Positions 21,260 through 29,732 of a stretch of DNA of 61,980 nucleotides are shown here, in pieces. The translations under genes and the position numbers were made by a program. The notes under the pieces were generated by a model. It was not told the DNA's origin and made no database searches. It saw nothing but the letters and a program-made list of their open reading frames with translations. Each line of letters begins with the position of its first letter. Positions within the stretch are counted from its first letter, which is position 1. The stretch comes from Nautiliaceae bacterium (GTDB lineage Bacteria; Campylobacterota; Campylobacteria; Campylobacterales; Nautiliaceae), in the NCBI GenBank assembly GCA_039831155.1, contig JBDONT010000035.1:1-61980 (forward strand). Reading direction: 5' to 3'.

Positions 21260-21290
21260 TCGGTGTAATTATTTGTTATAATTACACCGA
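21260..21290. promoter_or_regulatory. Perfect 13-bp inverted repeat overlapping an extended -10 upstream of the major pilin
   Basis: TCGGTGTAATTAT-TTGTT-ATAATTACACCGA, containing TGTTATAAT (21274-21282). Confidence 0.65.
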
Positions 21291-21319
21291 CGCAAAAAAA
21301 ATTTGTAAAAGGAGAATAA

Positions 21320-21802
21320 ATGAAAAAAGCGTTTACATTAATCGAATTAATTTTCGTGATCGTAATTATCGGTTTATTAGCGGCGGTTGCAATTCCTAAA
21401 TTCCAAAACTTAAGACAAAATGCAATCGTAACAGGTGCACTTCAACCTTTAACTGACTTAAATTCTTCAGGTGGTGCTTCTTCATTCTTAAACCAAGCTG
21501 AATTAAACGGCGTAAATTTAGAAGATATCAATATGACTAATCTTTACAAATTTACAGGTAAAGAGTGGACAGCTGACACTACTAACAAACAAGTTACTTA
21601 CAGAAGTGGTCAATATGATTTCAATGCTACATTTACTTATGATGCAAATCATAGTACAGGTGAAGCTAACGTAACTGTTAAATATTACTGTGATACAAAA
21701 TCAAGAAGTGGTAAAGCTTTCGAAAACGCTTTAAAAGCTAAAGGTTATGATTGTTCTGCAACAGGTAAAACTTATATTATTGATTTAACAACTCAAGACT
21801 AA
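21320..21802 (+). CDS. Type IV pilin, probable major subunit (MshA-like)
   Basis: MKKA|FTLIELIFVIVIIGLLAAVAIPKF; C-terminal Cys pair; strong AAGGAG RBS and its own promoter; ATC/TTC/AAC/GGT codon bias like glnA and metE. Confidence 0.88.
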   Translation: MKKAFTLIELIFVIVIIGLLAAVAIPKFQNLRQNAIVTGALQPLTDLNSSGGASSFLNQAELNGVNLEDINMTNLYKFTGKEWTADTTNKQVTYRSGQYDFNATFTYDANHSTGEANVTVKYYCDTKSRSGKAFENALKAKGYDCSATGKTYIIDLTTQD

Positions 21803-21805
21803 TAA

Positions 21806-22300
21806 ATGAGAAAGGCTTTTACGTTAATAGAACTTATCTTCGTAATAGTCTTAATTGGGGTATTGGCATCAGTTGCCATCCCCAAATTTACTCATCTTGC
21901 TACAAATGCCAAATCTGCCGGCGTAAAATCTTTGGTAACTTCTATAGATTCTTCTATCGAAAATATTCACGGTAAATGGATAGTTAACGATAGTTATGCA
22001 TGGATAGGTGCCGATGGAGCAGACCACAGTAGTGATTTTAATAATACAACCGGTTATCCGGCTAAACTGGATGACGGTAGTGGAAGTACTTCTTTGTTTT
22101 CTTATGTTTTAAAAGTACCCGTACCTTCTTGTCAAGGAAAAACGAGAGGTTGTTGGGAAGAGTATGATGATAACAGATATGAGTATTACTATACAGGTGG
22201 TAAAATCTTAAAACTCGATTATAATCAATCAAACGGTACTTTAGAGTGTGTTGACGGTGTAGGGGTTACAAAAGAAGAGTGTGAAAAAATAATCCACTAA
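21806..22300 (+). CDS. Second type IV pilin (MshA/MshB-like)
   Basis: MRKA|FTLIELIFVIVLIGVLASVAIPKF; GYP motif; four Cys. Confidence 0.85.
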   Translation: MRKAFTLIELIFVIVLIGVLASVAIPKFTHLATNAKSAGVKSLVTSIDSSIENIHGKWIVNDSYAWIGADGADHSSDFNNTTGYPAKLDDGSGSTSLFSYVLKVPVPSCQGKTRGCWEEYDDNRYEYYYTGGKILKLDYNQSNGTLECVDGVGVTKEECEKIIH

Positions 22301-23244
22301 CGTGGCAGAAATATTTTAAATCCTTTCTTTTTTTTTGAAATTTCTATTTTTCCGTTGTGAGCGTTTATTATTTCTAAACTTAAAGCAAGTCCTAAGCCGT
22401 TGCCTTTTGTTTTTGTCGATTTAAAAGGTTCGAATAATATTTTTTCATCTTCAAACTCTTTTCCACTGTCGTAGATATTGATTATATGATAATTTGGATT
22501 TGTTTCGTATAAAATTTCAATTACTCCCTCTTCCTCTTCACTTTCTTCAATAGCGTCTATAGCGTTAAAAATCATATTTTGAAGGACTAATAGCAGTAAA
22601 TCAAAGTCCGCTTTTATCTCAATATCCGGTAAAAAAAACAAAAATTTTATATTTTTTGAAAAAGAGTAGTATTTAATGGAGTTTTCAAGTTCGTTTTTAA
22701 GTTCGCTTAAAAGAAAAGTTTTTATTTTAGGTTGAAGACCTTTTGAAAAAAGAAGTGTTGATTTTATTATTCTTTCTATTCTGAAAATTGAGCTTTTCAT
22801 TTCGTCAAGAAGTTCGTTTTCTTGATACTGCTTTTTTAAAAGTGAAATTAATATAGATATAGAACCTATAGGGTTTCTTATTTCGTGTGCTAAATGAGCT
22901 GCCATTTGTCCCATTGCTATTAATCTTTCGTTTCTTTTTTGTTCGGTTATGTCGGTTGCACTTATTATTGTTTTATCTTTTATTGATGATTTTTGAATAA
23001 GAAACACTTTATTATTTATCTCTATTTCACCTTCATTCGGAATTGAAGCGAATTCTTTTGTTTTTGAGTTTTGGACGATTATTTCTTTATTATTGTCTAT
23101 AACCCATAAAGCTTGAGGTAAAAATTCTATAACTCCGTTTAAGATATTTTTGAGTTCTATAAATTCTTTTTCAACTTCATAGGTTTTTTCTATTAAAGTT
23201 TCTAAATTTTTTAACAGTTCTTTTTGGTCTTGAGGGAGTTGCAT
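22297..23244 (-). CDS. flgS: Cytoplasmic sensor histidine kinase of the FlgSR flagellar system
   Basis: H-box MAAHLAHEIRNPIGS, N-box, KGNGLGLAL; no TM; N-terminus L..LIE.TY..E.E....VIE.LP.ALWV typical of FlgS. Confidence 0.85.
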   Translation of the reverse strand: MQLPQDQKELLKNLETLIEKTYEVEKEFIELKNILNGVIEFLPQALWVIDNNKEIIVQNSKTKEFASIPNEGEIEINNKVFLIQKSSIKDKTIISATDITEQKRNERLIAMGQMAAHLAHEIRNPIGSISILISLLKKQYQENELLDEMKSSIFRIERIIKSTLLFSKGLQPKIKTFLLSELKNELENSIKYYSFSKNIKFLFFLPDIEIKADFDLLLLVLQNMIFNAIDAIEESEEEEGVIEILYETNPNYHIINIYDSGKEFEDEKILFEPFKSTKTKGNGLGLALSLEIINAHNGKIEISKKKKGFKIFLPR

Positions 23245-23372
23245 TTTTCTCCTTTCTTATTTGATATAATAAATATATGGAATTGAATATGAGAAAACTT
23301 TTTTTTGATTTTATCAAAAATCTTGACATAATTTTTTTAGTATGATAAATTGCAATTCAAAAAGGAAATACA

Positions 23373-24647
23373 TTGTTTAAGTTCTCCGATGTATCAGATA
23401 TGTGTATAAAATGTGGTAAATGTATTCCGGGATGTACTATTCATAGGATAAATCCTGATGAGGCGACTTCCCCTAGGGGATTTTTGGATTTGCTAAAGGG
23501 AGTTGAAGAGGGGGAAATAGAACTGGATAAAACGACAAAGGATATTTTTGAGAGTTGTTTTTTGTGTAATCAGTGTGTGGAGGTTTGCCCTAATTCTCTT
23601 CCGACCGATTTTATGATTGAAAATGTAAGAGCGAAAATTGCAGATAAATACGGAATTGCGTGGTTTAAGAGAATCTTTTTCTTTTTACTTAAAAACAGAT
23701 GGGCTTATGATTTGGTTAGCAAGTTAGGGTTTATGTTTCAAACGTGCGGATTTAAGATAGAGGAAGAAAAAAACGCTATGAGGGCCAGATTTTCTCTGCC
23801 TCTTTTAAAAAAGGGAAGACTTGTACCTTCTATGAAAAAAACTTCGTTTTTAAAAAAATATCCCGAAAGAATTCTGGCTAAAAAGCCTCAAAAAAGAGTT
23901 GCTATTTTTATAGGGTGTTTAGCTAATTATCATTATACTGAAGTAGGGGATGCTTTGGTTAAAATTCTTAAGTTTTTGGATATTGATATTTTTATTCCAA
24001 AAAAACAGCTTTGTTGTGGGGCACCGGCTTATTTTACCGGAGATTTTAAAACCACAGAAGAGCTTATAAGATACAATATCGAATATTTTGAGAGTTTTAT
24101 AGATGAAGTGGATGCCATTTTGGTTCCGGAAGCTACTTGTACGGCGATGCTGAAAAAAGATTATGAAGAGTATATTCACACTCATATGGATAAAAGCTGG
24201 CAAGAGAGACATAAAAAAGTAAAAGCCAAGATATTCGGAACTACCGAATGGCTTTATAGATATACGGATTTGGGAAAAAGACTTTCTTTAAAAAACAGAC
24301 AAAAAGAAGTTATTACATATCACAATTCCTGTCATTTCGGAAGGGTTTTTAATATTAAAAAAGAACCGCGTTCTCTTTTAAAACAAGTGTATCAAATTAA
24401 CGAAATGAAAGATGCCGATATGTGTTGTGGATTCGGAGGATTGACTATTCAAACGGAAAAATTTGATTTGGCGATAAAAGCCGGTAGAAAAAAAGCGGAA
24501 ATTATCAAAGAAACAAAAGCTGATATAGTAAGTGCCGAATGTAGTGCCTGTAGAATGCAAATTACCGAACAGCTAGATAAAGTGGGAGATAATAAAGTTT
24601 TTAAACATCCTTTAGAACTGATAGCAAAAGCTATTGAGGAAAATTAG
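23373..24647 (+). CDS. Fe-S oxidoreductase (GlcF/GlpC-like; two 4Fe-4S motifs plus two CCG domains)
   Basis: CIKCGKCIPGC, CFLCNQCVEVCP, CCGAP, CCGFGG, ECSACRMQ. Confidence 0.88.
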   Translation: MFKFSDVSDMCIKCGKCIPGCTIHRINPDEATSPRGFLDLLKGVEEGEIELDKTTKDIFESCFLCNQCVEVCPNSLPTDFMIENVRAKIADKYGIAWFKRIFFFLLKNRWAYDLVSKLGFMFQTCGFKIEEEKNAMRARFSLPLLKKGRLVPSMKKTSFLKKYPERILAKKPQKRVAIFIGCLANYHYTEVGDALVKILKFLDIDIFIPKKQLCCGAPAYFTGDFKTTEELIRYNIEYFESFIDEVDAILVPEATCTAMLKKDYEEYIHTHMDKSWQERHKKVKAKIFGTTEWLYRYTDLGKRLSLKNRQKEVITYHNSCHFGRVFNIKKEPRSLLKQVYQINEMKDADMCCGFGGLTIQTEKFDLAIKAGRKKAEIIKETKADIVSAECSACRMQITEQLDKVGDNKVFKHPLELIAKAIEEN

Positions 24648-25454
24648 ATGTCGGAATTTTGGCAACATATATATTCCCATTTTAATCCGGTGGCTTTTAA
24701 TTTAGGGGTTTTTAAAGTTCATTGGTACGGTATTATGTATGTACTTGCTTTGGTTGTAGGTTATTATATGGCTATTTTTTTTGCTAAAAAAGAGGGTATT
24801 GAGAGAAAAATTATAGACGATTATTTCGTATGGGCTGAAATAGGAATAATTTTAGGGGCTAGAATAGGGTATTTTATTTTTTATGTGCCTGATAATTCTT
24901 ATTATCTTTTACATCCTTGGGAGATGTTTAACCCTTTTGTGGACGGTAAATTCGTAGGAATAAGAGGTATGAGTTATCACGGTGCCGTTATAGGATTTGG
25001 TATAGCTACTTTTCTTTTTTGGAAGATAAAAAAAGTGGATATGTGGAAGATTTTGGATGTGGTTGCTTTGGCTATTCCTCTTGGGTATGTATTCGGAAGA
25101 ATCGGGAATTTTTTAAATCAAGAACTGGTAGGAAGGGTAACGGACGTTGCTTGGGGAATTTACGTAAACGGTGTTTTACGCCATCCTAGTCAACTTTACG
25201 AGGCTTTTTTCGAAGGGATTGTTTTATTTTTGCTTCTTTATTTGTATTATAAAAAATTTAGGAAAAATTCCGGAGAATTGATAGCTTTATATATGGTTTT
25301 ATATGGGGTTTTTAGAAGTTTTTGTGAGATGTGGCGTCAGCCCGACCCTCAATTAGGATTTATATTTATGCATTTTACTATGGGGGAAATTTTAAGCTTT
25401 TTTATGATATTATTTGGAGTGATTCTTTTTATAAAAAGAAGATTTAGGAGTTAA
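24648..25454 (+). CDS. lgt: Prolipoprotein diacylglyceryl transferase
   Basis: VHWYGIMY, LGARIGY, GMSYHG, GRIGNFLNQELVGR, RHPSQLYE. Confidence 0.97.
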   Translation: MSEFWQHIYSHFNPVAFNLGVFKVHWYGIMYVLALVVGYYMAIFFAKKEGIERKIIDDYFVWAEIGIILGARIGYFIFYVPDNSYYLLHPWEMFNPFVDGKFVGIRGMSYHGAVIGFGIATFLFWKIKKVDMWKILDVVALAIPLGYVFGRIGNFLNQELVGRVTDVAWGIYVNGVLRHPSQLYEAFFEGIVLFLLLYLYYKKFRKNSGELIALYMVLYGVFRSFCEMWRQPDPQLGFIFMHFTMGEILSFFMILFGVILFIKRRFRS

Positions 25455-25455
25455 C

Positions 25456-26691
25456 ATGAAAGTAGCTATTGTAGGAGGAGGAATAAGTGGTCTTAGTTTA
25501 GCTTATTATTTGCAAGATAAATTTGACGTAACGGTGTTTGAAAAAGAAAAATGGGGTGGTAAGGCTTATACTCAAAAAGTTGATAATTATCTTTTGGAAG
25601 AGGGTGTAAACGGATTTTTGAGTAACTCTCCAAAAACTTTAGAGCTTTGTGAAGAGATTGGAATATCTCCTATTAAAGCAGACGAAAACTCAAAAATCAG
25701 ATATATTTATGATGATAAACTAATTAAAATTCCAACTAAACCTAAAGATTTTCTAAAGAGTGATATTTTATCTTTTTGGAGTAAGTTAAGAGTTGCTATG
25801 GAGTTTTTCGTAGAGCCCATTTGTGATAGGGAAGAGACGGTTGAGCAGTTTGCCAATAGGAGATTTGGTAAAGAGTTTACAAGACGTATGATGACGCCTA
25901 TGCTTGCCGGAATTTACGCTTCAACTCCTCAAAAAACCTCTATGAATGCCGCTTTTCCTAAACTGAAAAAAATAGAGTGTGAATATGGTGGGCTTTTTAA
26001 AGGTATGATGAAATTAAAAAGGGGAGGAGAACCTAGTGGGGAGCTTCACAGTTTTGAATGGGGAATGAGTGAATTTATTCAAAAACTTAAAGAAAAAACC
26101 AAAGCTTCTTTTGTGGAGCAAGAAATTAGAGATATTGACGAATTAAAAGAGTATGATATGGTAGTGATAGCCGCTCCTAGTTATGAGGCTGCTTCTATTT
26201 TGCAAAAATATTCTCTTTTAAGTGAACTTTTAAATAAAATCGAATATAATCCGGTGGCTATTGTTGGATTTGATTATGAAGAGATTAATCCTGTTTGTTT
26301 TGGGATTTTGAGTGTTAAAGAGCGTTCTTTGGGGATTTTGATGGATAAGTATATTTTCCCGAATAGAAACGGAATTAGGGTTATGTTAGGTGGGGCCAGG
26401 TATCCGGAGATTGTTGATTTGGATGAAAAAGAGATTATCTCAATAGCCAAAGAAGACATAAAAAAAATAACTGATGCCAAAAATCCTAAGTTTGAATGGA
26501 TAAAAATCCATAAAAAAGCTATTCCGAATTATTCTTTGGGACATCAAAAACTGGTTGAAGAAATTATGCAAGAGGCTAGAAAAGCCGGAATTTATTTAAC
26601 GGGTAATGCATATTACGGAGTAAGTTTTAATGATTGTATTAAAAACTCTTACAACCTAGCACTTAGGATAAAGGAAGAAAATGGAGCTTAG
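25456..26691 (+). CDS. hemG: FAD-dependent protoporphyrinogen oxidase (HemY-type)
   Basis: VAIVGGGISGL Rossmann fold, E.G.N.FL, GIYA, AFP.L...E..YG.L, AIPNY..GH, GNAYYGV..NDCI. Confidence 0.88.
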   Translation: MKVAIVGGGISGLSLAYYLQDKFDVTVFEKEKWGGKAYTQKVDNYLLEEGVNGFLSNSPKTLELCEEIGISPIKADENSKIRYIYDDKLIKIPTKPKDFLKSDILSFWSKLRVAMEFFVEPICDREETVEQFANRRFGKEFTRRMMTPMLAGIYASTPQKTSMNAAFPKLKKIECEYGGLFKGMMKLKRGGEPSGELHSFEWGMSEFIQKLKEKTKASFVEQEIRDIDELKEYDMVVIAAPSYEAASILQKYSLLSELLNKIEYNPVAIVGFDYEEINPVCFGILSVKERSLGILMDKYIFPNRNGIRVMLGGARYPEIVDLDEKEIISIAKEDIKKITDAKNPKFEWIKIHKKAIPNYSLGHQKLVEEIMQEARKAGIYLTGNAYYGVSFNDCIKNSYNLALRIKEENGA

Positions 26692-27379
26692 TTATCAACT
26701 TTTTGATTATTTTGACAAAATGCCTTTTATTGTGAGCTATGTAGCCGGGATTTTGTCTTTTCTTTCTCCTTGTGTACTGCCTCTTGTGCCGGTCTATTTT
26801 TTTTATATAAGTGGTATCAGTGCTAAAGAGTTGAAAGAAAAAGAGCTTAGTAAAAAAGAAAAACTTAAAATATTTTTAAATTCCTCTCTTTTTATTGCCG
26901 GATTTGGTCTTGTATTTATTTTGTTGGGAGCTGCTGCGGCTCATTTGATAGGAAACTTTTTTGGGAATAAGCTTTTTAATATAATAGCCGGGATAATAAT
27001 AATTATTTTTGGTATTAACGTTGCCGGTTTTGTGAAATTTAGATTTTTACAATATGAAAAGAGGCTTAACTTTCAAAACGCTGGAAGTTTTTTACTTGGA
27101 GTTTTTTTTGCGTTCGGTTGGACTCCTTGTATAGGTCCTATATTCGGTACTATTGTCGGAATGGCTGCGACGGAGCCTACAAAATCCGTTTTTATGATGA
27201 TTTTATATACTTTAGGTCTTGCCACGCCGTTTTTACTGATGGCTTTGTTTAGTGTTTGGAGTTTGAATTTTATAAATAAATTAAAGCGTTATATGGGGAT
27301 TATAGAAAAGGTTTCCGGGGGATTATTGATAGCGGTAGGTTGTTTTATTGTGTATAAGTCTTTATTTTTATTAATTTAA
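26681..27379 (+). CDS. ccdA: Cytochrome c biogenesis thiol-reduction membrane protein
   Basis: AGILSFLSPCVLPLVP and FAFGWTPCIGP motifs; about 6 TM segments. Confidence 0.92.
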   Translation: MELSYQLFDYFDKMPFIVSYVAGILSFLSPCVLPLVPVYFFYISGISAKELKEKELSKKEKLKIFLNSSLFIAGFGLVFILLGAAAAHLIGNFFGNKLFNIIAGIIIIIFGINVAGFVKFRFLQYEKRLNFQNAGSFLLGVFFAFGWTPCIGPIFGTIVGMAATEPTKSVFMMILYTLGLATPFLLMALFSVWSLNFINKLKRYMGIIEKVSGGLLIAVGCFIVYKSLFLLI

Positions 27380-27421
27380 ATTTGTTATAATATAGACTTA
27401 AGTTTAAATCAAGGAGCATAT

Positions 27422-27664
27422 ATGAAAAAATTATTGGCGATTATAGCATTTGCAGGTTTTGCGTTTGCTTATCCGGATTGTGCGAGTTGTCACGATACCG
27501 GAATGATGGGAGCTCAAAAATTGGATACTTTAACACCGGCTCAAATAATTGAAAAAATGAAAGAATATAGAGCCGGAAAAGGTAGTTCGATGATGGTTAA
27601 TATAGCTAAATCTATGAGTGATGAAGAAATAAAGGAATCAGCTGAAAAATATGGGAAAAAATAA
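27422..27664 (+). CDS. Monoheme c-type cytochrome (c553-like)
   Basis: Signal peptide, CASCH, distal Met region; own TGTTATAAT promoter and AAGGAG RBS. Confidence 0.9.
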   Translation: MKKLLAIIAFAGFAFAYPDCASCHDTGMMGAQKLDTLTPAQIIEKMKEYRAGKGSSMMVNIAKSMSDEEIKESAEKYGKK

Positions 27665-27697
27665 TTTTTTCCTTTATTTTTTAATTTTTTATTAAAT

Positions 27698-27719
27698 TTG
27701 GCACTTTTAAGACACTTTT
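27698..27719 (+). promoter_or_regulatory. 11-bp-period direct repeat upstream of the hao -10 (candidate response-regulator site)
   Basis: TTGGCACTTTT-AAGACACTTTT followed by TAAAAT at 27727-27732; a related repeat occurs at 36209-36230. Confidence 0.5.
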
Positions 27720-27771
27720 TTTAACTAAAATGCTAAAGAGAAAAAAAGCTTAATTTAGTAAAGGAGCTAAA

Positions 27772-29298
27772 ATGAAAAAAGCACTTACAGCCGGGATTGG
27801 TGCGGCTGCGGTAGCTAGTTTTGCATTTGCCGCAAATAGCTTAGATTCCAATCCTAATTATAAAAAGTTGATGAATTTTCATCCGAAAGACATAAATAAT
27901 CAAATGTGTTTAGGATGTCATAAAGGGCAAGACCCTGGTATTGTAGCTGATTGGCAACATTCTAAACACGCAAGCGTTGGTGTGGGATGTGTTGAATGTC
28001 ACGTTGTACCTAAAGATTATCCGACTGCATTTAAAACTCACCCGGGAACACCTTCAAAAGCTAACTGGGCTGTTCAAGTTGCGGTATCTTCTGTAACTTG
28101 TGCGAAATGTCACGCAAAAGAAGTTAAAGAGTATTTAAATTCAGGTCACGCAAGAGGTGCCGCTCAATGGCTGATTTCTAGCGATCATAAAAATAAACAC
28201 GGTTATTTGATGACTAAACTTGCTTACAATTACGAAACTTTAAAAGGTAACAACGAAAGCTGGAACGAAAAAGGTTCTAGTTTAATGAAAGGAATCAGAC
28301 AAGATATTCCTATTGTAAAAGCTAATCAAAAAAATCCTAGAATGTCAGATTTAGCGGTGGCTAATATTTGTATTCAATGTCACGGTGCAGTTGTTAAATT
28401 GCATAAAAACGGAAAACCTGATGCAGCTACTTGGCCGAATGACGGTATAGGTACTTTATATCCGGATGGAGGTGTAAGTAACTGTACGGCTTGTCATAGT
28501 AGACATAAATTTTCTGCGGCGGAAGCTAGACAACCTGGTGCATGTACAAACTGTCACTTAGGACCTGACCATCCGGATAAAGAAGTGTTCGAATCTTCTG
28601 TTCACGGACATATTTTTGATACTAATGAAGAAGATTACAACTTTGAAACCGGGGCACAAATTCCTGGAAAAACATTAAGAGCGGCGACTTGTTTTACTTG
28701 CCATATGTCTTCAATAGGAGGAAATAAAGCTACTCATAACGTTTCTGAAAGATTGAAATGGAATTTATGGGCACCGAGTAGTGCTTTAAGAACTGGAGGT
28801 AATGAAACTGCAGGCTGGTTATATTGGAGCAAAGGAAAAATTGCTAGAGGAAATCCTAAAGCAGGAAATCCTAAAGGACCGGAAGCTGCTAGAGCGGAAA
28901 TGAAAAACGTATGTATGGTTTGTCACGAAGCGACATTTACTGATAATTATTTCCAAAGAGTTGATGCTCATGTAAAACTATATAATCAATATTTTAGCTA
29001 TGCTAATAAAATGATGGCTGATTTAAAAGCAAAAGGTTTAATTAAATCTGACGTATGGAGTGACCCATTCTTTAAATTATACTATTATTTATGGCATCAT
29101 GAAGGTAGAAGAATGAGACATGGTGCGGCAATGGGGAGCCCGGATTATGCTCATTGGCATGGAGTGTTCCAAGTTATGCAAGATATTAGAGAAATGAAAG
29201 ATATTTATGATTATAGAATGAAAATGCTTAAAAAATACGGAAACGCTAAGAAAGTTCTTGATAATGAACCTCCAATGCCGGTTGTTACTCACGAGTAA
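27772..29298 (+). CDS. haoA: Octaheme epsilon-type hydroxylamine oxidoreductase (epsilon-Hao)
   Basis: Signal peptide; eight CxxCH motifs (CLGCH, CVECH, CAKCH, CIQCH, CTACH, CTNCH, CFTCH, CMVCH); SRH.FS..EAR.P..C..CHLGPDHP and HHEGRR.RHG..M..PDY.HWHG motifs. Confidence 0.88.
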   Translation: MKKALTAGIGAAAVASFAFAANSLDSNPNYKKLMNFHPKDINNQMCLGCHKGQDPGIVADWQHSKHASVGVGCVECHVVPKDYPTAFKTHPGTPSKANWAVQVAVSSVTCAKCHAKEVKEYLNSGHARGAAQWLISSDHKNKHGYLMTKLAYNYETLKGNNESWNEKGSSLMKGIRQDIPIVKANQKNPRMSDLAVANICIQCHGAVVKLHKNGKPDAATWPNDGIGTLYPDGGVSNCTACHSRHKFSAAEARQPGACTNCHLGPDHPDKEVFESSVHGHIFDTNEEDYNFETGAQIPGKTLRAATCFTCHMSSIGGNKATHNVSERLKWNLWAPSSALRTGGNETAGWLYWSKGKIARGNPKAGNPKGPEAARAEMKNVCMVCHEATFTDNYFQRVDAHVKLYNQYFSYANKMMADLKAKGLIKSDVWSDPFFKLYYYLWHHEGRRMRHGAAMGSPDYAHWHGVFQVMQDIREMKDIYDYRMKMLKKYGNAKKVLDNEPPMPVVTHE

Positions 29299-29310
29299 TG
29301 GTTTCTTTTT

Positions 29311-29329
29311 CTCCCTTTTGGGAGTTTTT
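29311..29329 (+). terminator. Intrinsic terminator after hao
   Basis: CTCCC-TTTT-GGGAG followed by TTTTT. Confidence 0.65.
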
Positions 29330-29387
29330 GATTTTAATTAAGATAGTGTCAAACACTTTATATTGGAAAGGTGCAAAAAAAGGAAGT

Positions 29388-29732
29388 TTAGTATTTGTTT
29401 TTTAAACTTCCGAAATATTGAATTTCCTCCGCTTTGTTTTCAGTATTTAATTCTTCAACCGTTGAGTTCAAATCTATGTTTTCTTTTAATTTATCCAATT
29501 CCTCTTCACAATAACTCATATGCATATCGGCACTGATTATAAAAGGCATTTGCTCTATTTTAGTAAGTTTTTCAATTTCTTCTTCTACAGTTTCTCCTTC
29601 TATTGTGATTATGATAATACCTTTTTCTTTGTCTCCGAAGTGTACATCGCAAAAATCACACTCTTGAAGGTTTAAAAAAACCGCGTCATAATTTTGAGGT
29701 TTTGTTTTTACTATAATACTTGAAATGTTCAT
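29388..29732 (-). CDS. napD: NapA chaperone
   Basis: MNISSIIV..., G.IIITIEG; last gene of the nap operon. Confidence 0.92.
   Translation of the reverse strand: MNISSIIVKTKPQNYDAVFLNLQECDFCDVHFGDKEKGIIIITIEGETVEEEIEKLTKIEQMPFIISADMHMSYCEEELDKLKENIDLNSTVEELNTENKAEEIQYFGSLKNKY

Noticed and set aside
23305-23320. FNR/Crp-like box TTGAT...ATCAA
   Set aside because: The spacer is 3 nt, not 4. It reads better as a minus-strand extended -10 (TGATAAAAT) for flgS; the same element precedes rimO and the 48071 gene.
29345-29357. Palindrome AGTGT-CAA-ACACT between hao and napD
   Set aside because: Only 5-bp arms, between convergent 3' ends, with no promoter role evident; compatible with chance.
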